A stretch of DNA of 64,000 bases from Minisyncoccia bacterium (lineage in GTDB: Bacteria > Patescibacteriota > Minisyncoccia > Phycocordibacterales > UBA918), in NCBI GenBank assembly GCA_041738755.1, contig JBGSPE010000005.1, positions 207,872-271,871 of the forward strand, in the 5' to 3' direction. Below are positions 8,946-18,545 of the stretch, piece by piece; the stretch's first letter is position 1, and each line of letters begins with the position of its first letter. Position numbers and translations under genes: made by a program. The notes beneath the pieces were generated by a model. That model made no database searches, was not told the DNA's origin, and worked only from the letters and a program-made list of their open reading frames with translations.

Positions 8946-10844
8946 ATGGCAAAGATTTTAGGAATAGACCTTGGAACCACTAACTCTGCAATTGCAGTGA
9001 TTGAAGCTGGTGAACCGACTATTATTGAAAACCAAGAAGGAAATCGAACCACACCGTCAATTGTCGCCATCTCAAAGACAAATGAACGACTGGTCGGGCA
9101 AATTGCAAAGCGACAAGCAGTCACGAACCCAACCAATACCATCTATGGTATTAAACGATTCATGGGACACCTTTTCAGCGATGATGTGGTACACAAAGAC
9201 AAAGACATCGTCCCGTACGAAATTAAAGAGGGAAGTGACGGTGGGGTGATTGTTACGATGGATGGAAAGGATTATCGTCCAGAGGAAGTATCAGCGATGA
9301 TTCTTACTAAACTTAAGAATGATGCTGAAGCAAAACTTGGCGAGAAGATTACTGAAGCAGTTATTACTGTTCCGGCCTACTTCAACGACTCACAACGAAA
9401 GGCTACCCAAGATGCTGGAAAAATTGCTGGACTCGATGTAAAGCGAATCATTAACGAACCAACCGCAGCGGCGTTAGCCTACGGGTTCAATAAAAAGAAA
9501 GATGAGAAGATTGTCGTCTATGACTTCGGAGGCGGAACCTTCGACGTGTCTGTACTTGAGGTTGGAGATGATGTTATCGAAGTACAATCGACCGATGGAG
9601 ATGCACATATGGGTGGACGAGATATCGACCAGGGGATTGTCCGCTTCTTGATTGAAGAATTCAAGAAGAGTAATGGAGTAGATCTCTCAAAGGACAAGCT
9701 TGCTCTCCAGCGACTCGATGAAGCAGCTGAAAAAGCGAAGCATGAACTTTCTTCAACGACAGAAAGTAACATCAATATTCCATTTATCTCTCAAGGGAGT
9801 GACGGGCCGCTTCATATGGACCTCAAACTCACTCGAGCCAAACTCGAAGAGCTTTCACACGAGTTTGTTGATAAGTCGATTGAAATCACCAAGCGAGCAC
9901 TTGAAGCCTCAGGTCTTAAGAAAGAAGATATCGATGAAATTATTTTGGTTGGTGGACAGACTCGTATGCCAGCCGTACAAAACGCCGTAAAAGAACTCTT
10001 TGGTAAAGAACCAAATCGTTCTATCAACCCAGACGAAGTGGTAGCTCTTGGAGCCGCCATTCAAGCTGGTATCTTCCAGGGCGATGTCCAAGACATCACA
10101 CTCGTAGATGTGATTCCATTGTCTCTCGGTATCGAAACCATGGGAGGAGTAAACACAAAACTGATTGAAAAGAACACACATATCCCAACCAAGAAATCAC
10201 AAGTGTTCTCAACCGCTTCTGACAATCAAACCTCTACCATGATTCGCGTAGCGCAAGGTGAACGACCAATGTTCAACGACAACAAGGTACTCGGTGAATT
10301 CAACCTTGACGGTATTCCACCAGCACCGCGAGGAGTCCCGCAAGTTGAAGTAACGTTTGATGTCGATAGCAACGGCGTCTTGAAAGTTACCGCTAAAGAC
10401 AAAACGACTGGCAAGGAACAATCAATCCGGATTGAAGCCAGCTCAGGTCTCACCCCAGACGATATCGAACGAATGAAAAAAGAAGCTGAGGAACACGCAG
10501 CCGAAGATGAAAAAAAGAAAGAACTCATTGAGACACGCAACCAAGCTGAACAAATTACCTATACCGCCGAGAAAGCACTGAAGGATCACGAGAAAGAAGT
10601 TCCTGCTGACGTAAAGACTGAGATTGAAGATAAAATCAAAGCTGTCCGAGAAACTGCCGGGAAGGATGACAAGGGAGTAATTGAAACAGCGGTAGCTGAA
10701 CTCTCAACATCACTCCAAAAGATTGGTGAAATTATGCAAAAAGCTGCCGAAGATGCTTCCAAAGCACCCGGAGAAGGAACAAAAGAAGCTGAACCTACCG
10801 TTCATGAAGCAGACATGAATGACGATAAAGCAGATACGAAGTAA
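8946..10844 (+). CDS. dnaK: Chaperone DnaK
   Basis: [27 protein letters not shown]. Confidence 0.99.
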   Translation: MAKILGIDLGTTNSAIAVIEAGEPTIIENQEGNRTTPSIVAISKTNERLVGQIAKRQAVTNPTNTIYGIKRFMGHLFSDDVVHKDKDIVPYEIKEGSDGGVIVTMDGKDYRPEEVSAMILTKLKNDAEAKLGEKITEAVITVPAYFNDSQRKATQDAGKIAGLDVKRIINEPTAAALAYGFNKKKDEKIVVYDFGGGTFDVSVLEVGDDVIEVQSTDGDAHMGGRDIDQGIVRFLIEEFKKSNGVDLSKDKLALQRLDEAAEKAKHELSSTTESNINIPFISQGSDGPLHMDLKLTRAKLEELSHEFVDKSIEITKRALEASGLKKEDIDEIILVGGQTRMPAVQNAVKELFGKEPNRSINPDEVVALGAAIQAGIFQGDVQDITLVDVIPLSLGIETMGGVNTKLIEKNTHIPTKKSQVFSTASDNQTSTMIRVAQGERPMFNDNKVLGEFNLDGIPPAPRGVPQVEVTFDVDSNGVLKVTAKDKTTGKEQSIRIEASSGLTPDDIERMKKEAEEHAAEDEKKKELIETRNQAEQITYTAEKALKDHEKEVPADVKTEIEDKIKAVRETAGKDDKGVIETAVAELSTSLQKIGEIMQKAAEDASKAPGEGTKEAEPTVHEADMNDDKADTK

Positions 10845-10894
10845 AAAGTGTCCAAAGTGCAAAACCCTTCAGGTTTTGCACTTCCTGACACTTT
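10845..10894 (+). terminator. Stem-loop after dnaK
   Basis: AAGTGCAAAACC/GGTTTTGCACTT inner stem with AAAGTGTC/GACACTTT outer stem. Confidence 0.6.
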
Positions 10895-10938
10895 GTACTA
10901 CAATCCGACAAAGCAATTAGCCACTACAACTCCCATAC

Positions 10939-11092
10939 TATGAACAAAGACTTAAATGAAGCAACGAGCAGTAAAACTGCGACTATGCTGAATTTATCCA
11001 GGCGCTTAGCATATTTCGACTTCCAGGGGAGAAATAGGCTGCAGCGAGCTGGGAGAGAACAATCAATTCAACTAACAATATGAACAAAGACT
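10939..11092 (+). repeat. 14-bp direct repeat duplicating the dnaJ start
   Basis: TATGAACAAAGACT at 10939-10952 and 11079-11092. Confidence 0.8.
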
Positions 11093-12153
11093 ACTACCAA
11101 ATTCTAGGTCTCGAAAAGGGAGCCTCAAAAGACGAGGTAAAGAAGGCCTTCCGAAAGATGGCTGCCAAGTATCATCCAGACAAAGCTTCTGGAGATGAGG
11201 AAAAATACAAAGAAGTTACCGAAGCCTATGCGGTATTGGGTGATGATAAGAAAAAAGCCGAATACGATAGCTACGGCCATGCCTTTAATAATGGTGGCGG
11301 GGGAGCAGGGTTTGGTGGTTTCTCTTGGGGTGACTTCGCGCAACAAGCCGGTGGTTTCAGCGGGCAAGGCTTTGAATTCGATCTCAATGACATTTTTGAA
11401 AACTTTGGTTTCGGTGGTGGAGGAGTAAAAACCCGAAGGGGTAACGATGTCTCTATCGATATCAATCTCAATTTCACTGAATCAGTGTTTGGTGTTACCC
11501 GCAAAGTGCTTTTGACCAAGAACAATACCTGTACCTTCTGTACCGGGACGGGAGCCAAAGCTGGTACCGAAAAAGTCTCTTGCAACACCTGTGGTGGCAA
11601 CGGGAAGCTTCGCGAAACCAGACAAAGCATCATGGGTAGCTTCTCAACCGTACGTGAGTGTAGTGACTGTAATGGAACCGGGAAAGTACCAAAAGAAAAG
11701 TGTACTCACTGTAATGGAGCAGGTATCAGTCGCTCACAAAATGAAATCAGTATCAAAATCCCAGCCGGCATCCAAAACGGTGAAGTCATCCGCATGACTG
11801 GACAAGGCGAAGCTGTCTCAGGCGGTCAACCAGGCGACCTCTACATCAAGATACACGTTGAATCTCACGCCACTATCAGGCGAGAGGGGAGCACGCTTTC
11901 AAGCAATCTTCCTATCAAACTTACCGACGCACTCTTAGGTAATGTTTATCGGGTTGAAACCCTCGATGGTCCCGTTGAAATCAAGATTCCAGCTGGTATC
12001 TCTCATGGTGAACTTATCCGTATCAAGGAGAAAGGTGTCCCAACCGACCGTGGCCGCGGTGACTTCATGGTAAAGATATCTATTGAAGTCCCCAAGAAAC
12101 TCTCGCGTAAAGCACAGAAGCTTGTTGAAGAATTGAAGGAAGAGGGTATTTAA
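11080..12153 (+). CDS. dnaJ: Chaperone DnaJ
   Basis: J-domain HPD, G/F region, four CxxCxGxG repeats. Confidence 0.99.
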   Translation: MNKDYYQILGLEKGASKDEVKKAFRKMAAKYHPDKASGDEEKYKEVTEAYAVLGDDKKKAEYDSYGHAFNNGGGGAGFGGFSWGDFAQQAGGFSGQGFEFDLNDIFENFGFGGGGVKTRRGNDVSIDINLNFTESVFGVTRKVLLTKNNTCTFCTGTGAKAGTEKVSCNTCGGNGKLRETRQSIMGSFSTVRECSDCNGTGKVPKEKCTHCNGAGISRSQNEISIKIPAGIQNGEVIRMTGQGEAVSGGQPGDLYIKIHVESHATIRREGSTLSSNLPIKLTDALLGNVYRVETLDGPVEIKIPAGISHGELIRIKEKGVPTDRGRGDFMVKISIEVPKKLSRKAQKLVEELKEEGI

Positions 12154-12165
12154 ACGTTAAAAAAT

Positions 12166-12311
12166 CTGACAAGATTTTAGTTTAAATAAGGCGGAGCTAT
12201 ATGAGAAGTGGCTTTATCCCGCCACGACGAATTGCGAGCCCGGGGAGGAAGTTCTTATGAGCGTAGCGAATTAGAAACTTGACCCTATAAACATAAAGCT
12301 AAAATTGCCAG
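12166..12311. repeat. Degenerate intergenic inverted-repeat element
   Basis: CTGACAAGATTTTAGTTTA ... TAAAGCTAAAATTGCCAG imperfect terminal IR; internal AAGGCG. Confidence 0.4.
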
Positions 12312-12393
12312 CAACTCTAAACACACATACTCATTGTGCAGTAAGGCAAAGCACGTGATAATAAAAGGACGTACATGTGGTACGTCCTTTTTT

Positions 12394-12879
12394 ATGGACA
12401 CCAGCTTCATCCTTAATTTTCTCTCCGAAATTGCTTATCTCTTAATTGTGTTTGGGATTCTCTTTACCTTCGCGATTGTGAAAGGGAGGCAAGGAGTTAT
12501 CAATATTATTATCGGTCTCTATCTAGCACTGCTTATATCTCTTCAGTTTCCGTATTACGACCAACTCCTTGGCTCACTCACAACGTCTGAATCTATCGCC
12601 GGAGCCAAGCTCGCTATCTTCACAATCTTCACTGCTATCGCCACCTTCTTGTGTTTCCGTATCATGCCTGATGAGTTTAAAGAAAAAAAGTTTGAGAGCT
12701 TTTGGAAAAAATTCCTTCTGGCTACGATGGCTACCATTCTTGTAATGATTTACAGCTTCCAAGTTCTGCCGGTCACAGAATTCCTCACCCCAGGCACACC
12801 ACTCCAAACCCTCTTTGCTTCACCTGACTATTTCTTCTGGTGGCTTCTGGCCCCACTCGTAATTTTGTTCATTCTATAA
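12394..12879 (+). CDS. Multi-pass membrane protein (possibly CvpA-like)
   Basis: About 5 hydrophobic segments; ATG 12394 follows the hairpin AAAAGGACGTAC/GTACGTCCTTTT. Confidence 0.6.
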   Translation: MDTSFILNFLSEIAYLLIVFGILFTFAIVKGRQGVINIIIGLYLALLISLQFPYYDQLLGSLTTSESIAGAKLAIFTIFTAIATFLCFRIMPDEFKEKKFESFWKKFLLATMATILVMIYSFQVLPVTEFLTPGTPLQTLFASPDYFFWWLLAPLVILFIL

Positions 12880-12885
12880 ATTACT

Positions 12886-13299
12886 ATGAAAAAAATCATT
12901 ATCAAAACCATTCCTGATAGTCATCAGCGATACAATACTGTTGGTGACTATTATTTTGATGAACAAGGCAATCGAGTATTTGCCGTTTCTGACATGAACA
13001 ATTGGAAGTACGAGATGTTGGTAGTTGTTCACGAAATGATTGAGGCGGCACTCTGTGAAGATAGGGGAGTCACTGACAAAATGATTGATGACTTTGATTT
13101 TACCTTTGAAACGAAACGCCTTACTGACCCAAATATAGGTGAACCGGGAGATCAACCCGAAGCACCGTATTTCAAGGAGCACCAATTCGCCACCAAAATT
13201 GAGAAGATGCTAGCCGAAGAGCTTGGAGTTGATTGGAATTCCTATGCCTCCGTCTGTGCCAAATTAGATAGAAATACCGAAACGCTGCCACAAGTATAA
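12886..13299 (+). CDS. Hypothetical protein with HExxE motif
   Basis: QRYNTVGDY, VHEMIEAALC, APYFKEHQFA. Confidence 0.7.
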   Translation: MKKIIIKTIPDSHQRYNTVGDYYFDEQGNRVFAVSDMNNWKYEMLVVVHEMIEAALCEDRGVTDKMIDDFDFTFETKRLTDPNIGEPGDQPEAPYFKEHQFATKIEKMLAEELGVDWNSYASVCAKLDRNTETLPQV

Positions 13300-13431
13300 C
13301 CGGGACTATACATAGGACACCAGCTTCGCTGGTACAGACCCTTTACAAAACTATATTTTTGTGCTACTGTATTAAATAGCACGCTCTTTGAAATGAGAGC
13401 AATCAATTAATCGAAACTATAGGAGGTCCGA

Positions 13432-14388
13432 TTGGACATTCTCAATTTTTTCCTCGACTTCATCTCTTCGGGATGGTTCATTGCCATCGTCGTTGCTGGT
13501 GCCATGTTTGCAGCCGGTGTAATTATCGATGAAAAACTCGTAAAAGAGCAAGCTATCGGTACGCTGGTCATAATCTCATCCCTCTTCGGGTTCGCGGTAA
13601 TGGCAGTTTTTGCCGGTATAGCGCACTACACCAATACCAGCCTCTACCTCGACCAGACAAGCCTCAAGTGGGCACTTTTGATTGGGGTTGGTGAGATTGC
13701 ATGGGTGGTACCATACCTCTATGCTCTCAAACGCCGCGGCGCAGTGGTAGCTGGTCCGATGTTCCAGCTCATTCCGGTTGCTGGTGGCGTTCTCGAAGCT
13801 ATATTCTTTGGCGTCATTCCACCTGCGATTCATGTAATTGGATCCATTCTCATCATTGGTGGAGGCTTCGTACTTTCTATCGAAGAAGAAGAGCTGGAAA
13901 ATGGTAGCACTGCTTACGTGTCTGACTGGAAAACAGTTGGTCTCATGGCGGTTTCTGCCATCATCGCATCTGCCATCTATGTCTTCTTCAAGGACACAGC
14001 AGGTGGAGAAGGTGGTTATGTTGCGGTAGGATTCTGGACTGGTCTAGGTATGGTGCTTACCGGCATCGTAATCTGGTTGGTATGGAAGCCATATCGAACT
14101 AACTTCAACGCCTTCTGCAAGAAAGCAAACGGCAAGATGGTTGCTCTGCAACTCCTCAATGAGACAGTGGATGCTGGTGGTGCGTACCTCACGCACTTCG
14201 CCAACATTCTTGGGCCGTCGGTCTTGATTGTAACAGCCTTCAATGCTGTTCAGCCAGTCTTCATCTTAATCTTTGTCGCCATACTCTTATTCTTCGGAAT
14301 TAAGGTGTGGGATATGGAATACAAGTGGAAGATTATCGTCCCATCAATCCTCACGATTGCAGGGGGGACAGTTCTGATTGCTCTCTAA
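13432..14388 (+). CDS. EamA/DMT family transporter
   Basis: Two 5-TM repeats; AGGAGG SD before TTG start; own terminator. Confidence 0.75.
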   Translation: MDILNFFLDFISSGWFIAIVVAGAMFAAGVIIDEKLVKEQAIGTLVIISSLFGFAVMAVFAGIAHYTNTSLYLDQTSLKWALLIGVGEIAWVVPYLYALKRRGAVVAGPMFQLIPVAGGVLEAIFFGVIPPAIHVIGSILIIGGGFVLSIEEEELENGSTAYVSDWKTVGLMAVSAIIASAIYVFFKDTAGGEGGYVAVGFWTGLGMVLTGIVIWLVWKPYRTNFNAFCKKANGKMVALQLLNETVDAGGAYLTHFANILGPSVLIVTAFNAVQPVFILIFVAILLFFGIKVWDMEYKWKIIVPSILTIAGGTVLIAL

Positions 14389-14398
14389 ACTCATAAGT

Positions 14399-14436
14399 CC
14401 TTCCTGGGATAACTCGTTATCCCAGGAAGGCATTTT
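14399..14436 (+). terminator. Intrinsic terminator after the EamA gene
   Basis: CCTTCCTGGGATAAC/GTTATCCCAGGAAGG followed by CATTTT. Confidence 0.7.
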
Positions 14437-14461
14437 CATATAGAATAAAAAATTATTGCCT

Positions 14462-15271
14462 ATGGCAAACAATCCACCTGACGAAAATTCTCATCAAAGA
14501 CTACAAAAATTCTTCACACCACTTGATTTAGCGGTTGAAGAAATTAAGCGTCGACAATTAGATACGGCTTTATTTAAAAAAGTTGAGGATTTTCTCGATG
14601 GTGATATACCAGAACATTTTGCTCAACCTGACCCAATATTTTATCTTTCTAGACACATTGCCACACCCAATTATGAAGCTCTACGCTTCGTTGAATTAGC
14701 AAAACCATATGGGTTACCAATGGTTATTGGTCAGGACAGCAAAGGTATTTTTGTTTCAAACAATGATCTGAAACGCCCCCTGGGAAAGCTACCTGTTACC
14801 AAAGGGGTATCTAGAAACCTTGACGAAATAGTTGAATATTTTACTATCGTTGACTTCACAGAACACCAAGGAAAACCATTTGCAGAAATTAAAACGAAGT
14901 TCGATAGAGACCTTGTTTCTTATCACAATGAGTTATTCCGGCAAATTTACCCTGTTGAGATGGAAATAGTTGATGAATCTGAATGGATTGATAGAAATCA
15001 CAGGGGAGATATTGTAGCTCAGTACAAAAAGATGCTGTCCTTACTCATTGTGCACGGCATCATGCTTGAATCCTATCCACCGCATGAACATGGCTTTGTA
15101 ACCAATGTACTGGAACCTGCTTATGACGAAGTATCAGAATATTTTGGAGTTAGACCATTAATTTCAGAACACATAGATAGTGACTTAGAAGAAACCCGGG
15201 ACTGGAATGGATACCCAAGTGTCTTGTACCAATTTCTCAAAAACGATACCGAGAAAAAGAAAGGTTCGTAG
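14462..15271 (+). CDS. Soluble enzyme-like hypothetical protein (alpha/beta)
   Basis: 269-aa ORF with LSRHIATPNYE, HGIMLESYP and FGVRPLI segments. Confidence 0.7.
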   Translation: MANNPPDENSHQRLQKFFTPLDLAVEEIKRRQLDTALFKKVEDFLDGDIPEHFAQPDPIFYLSRHIATPNYEALRFVELAKPYGLPMVIGQDSKGIFVSNNDLKRPLGKLPVTKGVSRNLDEIVEYFTIVDFTEHQGKPFAEIKTKFDRDLVSYHNELFRQIYPVEMEIVDESEWIDRNHRGDIVAQYKKMLSLLIVHGIMLESYPPHEHGFVTNVLEPAYDEVSEYFGVRPLISEHIDSDLEETRDWNGYPSVLYQFLKNDTEKKKGS

Positions 15272-15321
15272 TTTGTGTATAGAACCAAGATGGTACTTTA
15301 TTAAGTGATACAATTACCGTA

Positions 15322-15639
15322 ATGAAGTTGAAAAACATTCTACTAACCAGTGCAGTTGTGCTGTTTTTGGCAATCAGTATTGGAGCAACATATTATAAAA
15401 TGGTAGTTCTTCAAGATTTTGAGACAACTGGTATCTGGCTAGAATTTGTAGAGGAAGAATCAACCTATGTTTTCTTTGTCTATGAAAACGTCGAGTATGA
15501 ACTTGAGTTAGAAACGACTGATTATAATCTTATATTACTAAGTATTTCAGATGAAGTTGGCATACCAGTAGCTGATTTAGATCCAGACTTTCTTGAATAC
15601 CTTCAAGGTTCTTACGAAGAAGCCAGTTCATCAGAATAA
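15322..15639 (+). CDS. Small membrane-anchored acidic protein
   Basis: N-terminal TM, acidic remainder; TACAAT 7 nt before ATG. Confidence 0.6.
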   Translation: MKLKNILLTSAVVLFLAISIGATYYKMVVLQDFETTGIWLEFVEEESTYVFFVYENVEYELELETTDYNLILLSISDEVGIPVADLDPDFLEYLQGSYEEASSSE

Positions 15640-15643
15640 ACAT

Positions 15644-16243
15644 ATGAAAAAACCACAAATCTACTCATGGATGAATCCATCGCTAACAATTAAACGAACT
15701 GACCGGTATGGTAGTGCAGATTTGCCGACAATTAAAAACGGAAAAAAAACATATTCCAAGAAAAAAGGTTTAGGTTTTGCGGTATTTGCAAACAAAAAGA
15801 TTAAAAAAGATGAAGTTCTGTTTGTTATGGGTGGTTATGTTTTAACAATCGAAGATGAAAACGAACTATCAGGTATCGTCGCTGATAAACCTATCGAAAT
15901 TTCTGAAAAATTTTCAATAGGGCCACGTAAACCATCCGATATAGAAAAAATGCCTCAACATTATGTTAATCATAGCTGTAACCCTAACGCTGGATTCAAC
16001 GGACAAGTGTTTATGGTGGCTATGAAAAACATAAAAGCTCATGAAGAAATTGTTTATGACTATGCAATGATTATGCACACAAACAGTAAGAGTAATAGTT
16101 TTTTCACATTTGAGTGTTTATGTGAAAGTAAGGATTGTCGTAAAAAAATTGGAGAGAACGATTGGAAAATTAAAGACTTACAAAACAAGTATGACGGTTA
16201 TTTCCAGTACTATTTACAGGAAAAAATTAATAGACTTAAATAA
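15644..16243 (+). CDS. SET-domain methyltransferase with post-SET Cys motif
   Basis: YVNHSCNPN, EEIVYDY, FECLCESKDCR. Confidence 0.92.
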   Translation: MKKPQIYSWMNPSLTIKRTDRYGSADLPTIKNGKKTYSKKKGLGFAVFANKKIKKDEVLFVMGGYVLTIEDENELSGIVADKPIEISEKFSIGPRKPSDIEKMPQHYVNHSCNPNAGFNGQVFMVAMKNIKAHEEIVYDYAMIMHTNSKSNSFFTFECLCESKDCRKKIGENDWKIKDLQNKYDGYFQYYLQEKINRLK

Positions 16244-16245
16244 TT

Positions 16246-17901
16246 ATGGAAACCTTAACTTGTTTAGATTCTGAAGCTACCTTGTTTGGAATTTTTGACC
16301 CAAGTATCGCACCACTACTTTTATATTATGCCTACGTTCCTATATCTATCATTTCAATATTTTTGGGTATCTTAGTACTTGTAAATAGAAAAAAATTCTC
16401 ATTACCAAACGTAAGTTTCTTCGCTCTTACAATTCTATACAGTTTGTACCTTATAAATGAAATTATTCAATGGATAGCTGTTCCCGCTGGATTAGTGAAT
16501 TTTGGTTGGGAAATGATTGCATTGTACTTTACATCAATATCAATGAGCCTCTTCTACTTTGTCTATACATTTATTGAAGAGAAGGATTTGTCTAGTAAGT
16601 TGAAACTAATCATCTTTGCATTATTTGCTCCGATAATTCTATTTTTACCAACTAGTTTAAATGTTAAGGGCTTTGACCTGGCAATCTGTCAAGCTGAAAT
16701 TGGCAATGGTTACCTATATGTTTATTTTATAATTATTCTCTCAATAGTCGGAATAATTGCCGTCTGTATTAAAAATTACTTGAAGGACAAAAAAGTATCT
16801 ACTATTTTATTGATGCTTGGATCTGTTTCGATGCTTCTTGTGTTGCTATTTGCTGACTTGGTGAGTGAGTACCTAGGAACTTTTGAATTCAACCTTATTG
16901 GTCCAGTTGGTATGCTTCTTTTTATGACAATCATTACGTATATGATTGTTACGTATAAGGCCTTTGATATCAAGGTGGCCGGAGCGCAAGCACTTGTATT
17001 TGCATTAATTATTTTGATTGCCTCACAACTACTCTTCGTGCGCTCAGCGACTAGTCAGATCCTAATTACAATTACGCTTATTATTTCTATCTTAGGCGGT
17101 TATTTCTTAGTAAAAAGTGTTAAGCGTGAAATACAACAACGAGAGCAAATTGAATCGCTAGCCAAAAACCTGGCCAAAGTAAATACGCGACTTAAAGAAC
17201 TCGACAAGCAGAAGTCTGAATTCGTTTCTATTGCCTCACACCAGCTCCGCAGTCCATTAACCGCAATCCGCGGTTACGCTTCGATGGTTATCGAAGGGAG
17301 CTATGGTCAAATTCCAGAGAAAGCCAAGGAATCACTTATGAGAATTGAAGAATCGGCCAAGCTGATGGCAATGTCTGTAGAGGACTACCTCAATGTGTCT
17401 CGAATTGAGTCTGGTAACATGAAGTATGTTTACAGTGACTTTAACCTTAACGAATCAGTCAGCAAAATATGTGACGACCTTCGTCCCGAAGCTATGAAGC
17501 GAAGTCTTATCCTCCTTAACCGTAGCGATATCAAGGGTCGCGGCATTGTTTATGCAGACGTAGGTAAGACACACCAAATCATCCACAACCTCATTAATAA
17601 CTCAATTAAATACACCCAGAAGGGGAGCATTTCAGTTTTTGTCCGTGATGACCTTATCAAGAAGCGTATTTATATCGATATCACTGACACCGGTATTGGC
17701 ATGAGTGAAAAGACCCAACACACTATCTTCCAAAAGTTTGAACGGGCTGAAAACGCTAACAGTGTAAATATTTCTGGTACTGGACTCGGACTCTACGTAG
17801 CTCACAAGATGGCTGAGCAAATGGGCGGTAATATCACCGCGTTCTCTGAAGGTGACGGTAAGGGCTCTCGCTTCACCATCGAATTACCACTAGCGATGTA
17901 A
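16246..17901 (+). CDS. Sensor histidine kinase with multi-TM (7TM-type) N-terminus
   Basis: H-box ASHQLRSPL, N-box NLINNSIKY, DTGIG, GTGLGLY; 8-9 hydrophobic segments. Confidence 0.93.
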   Translation: METLTCLDSEATLFGIFDPSIAPLLLYYAYVPISIISIFLGILVLVNRKKFSLPNVSFFALTILYSLYLINEIIQWIAVPAGLVNFGWEMIALYFTSISMSLFYFVYTFIEEKDLSSKLKLIIFALFAPIILFLPTSLNVKGFDLAICQAEIGNGYLYVYFIIILSIVGIIAVCIKNYLKDKKVSTILLMLGSVSMLLVLLFADLVSEYLGTFEFNLIGPVGMLLFMTIITYMIVTYKAFDIKVAGAQALVFALIILIASQLLFVRSATSQILITITLIISILGGYFLVKSVKREIQQREQIESLAKNLAKVNTRLKELDKQKSEFVSIASHQLRSPLTAIRGYASMVIEGSYGQIPEKAKESLMRIEESAKLMAMSVEDYLNVSRIESGNMKYVYSDFNLNESVSKICDDLRPEAMKRSLILLNRSDIKGRGIVYADVGKTHQIIHNLINNSIKYTQKGSISVFVRDDLIKKRIYIDITDTGIGMSEKTQHTIFQKFERAENANSVNISGTGLGLYVAHKMAEQMGGNITAFSEGDGKGSRFTIELPLAM

Positions 17902-17926
17902 GTATAATTTCAAATAAATATTTTTA

Positions 17927-18502
17927 ATGTTCAATCTAAACGAAAAAATTGTTTTATTTGACACAGAATATACTGCTTGGGAGGGTAGTCGAGAACGTGG
18001 CTGGAGTAAGTCGAATGAGTATAAGGAAATTGTACAAATTGGTGGGATTATTCTAGAAACGCAGAACTTCACAGAAGTTTCTTGTTTTAATGTGTATGTT
18101 AAGCCGGTTCTTAATCCAATTCTGTCTGACTATTTTATAAATCTTACGGCCATTACTCAGGAGCTTGTTCAGAGTAGAGGGATTGATTTAATGTCAGCTT
18201 ATACTCGATTTGTTGATTGGAGTGCTGGAATAGACTCGTACTCCTTCGGACATGACGAAAAAGTAATTATCGAAAATTTTGGTTTACTCAATTTAAGTGC
18301 AAATTTTGAAACTCAGAGATTTTTCAACGCTAGAAATTTGTTTGAGGAAAATAATATCGATACCTCAAATTATAATAGTGGTAATATAATTGAGTACTTT
18401 GGAAAACAAGCTACGTTACGGGCACATGATGCTCTCAATGATAGCCGTATCATTGCAGATGCTCTAAGAGAAATGGTCTTAAATTCCAATAAGTTTAGGT
18501 AA
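17927..18502 (+). CDS. DEDDh 3'-5' exonuclease
   Basis: FDTEYT, EIVQIG, HDALND. Confidence 0.88.
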   Translation: MFNLNEKIVLFDTEYTAWEGSRERGWSKSNEYKEIVQIGGIILETQNFTEVSCFNVYVKPVLNPILSDYFINLTAITQELVQSRGIDLMSAYTRFVDWSAGIDSYSFGHDEKVIIENFGLLNLSANFETQRFFNARNLFEENNIDTSNYNSGNIIEYFGKQATLRAHDALNDSRIIADALREMVLNSNKFR

Positions 18503-18545
18503 TTTGTGTTAAAATAGAAACCTAGATTTAAATCTATTAAATAAC

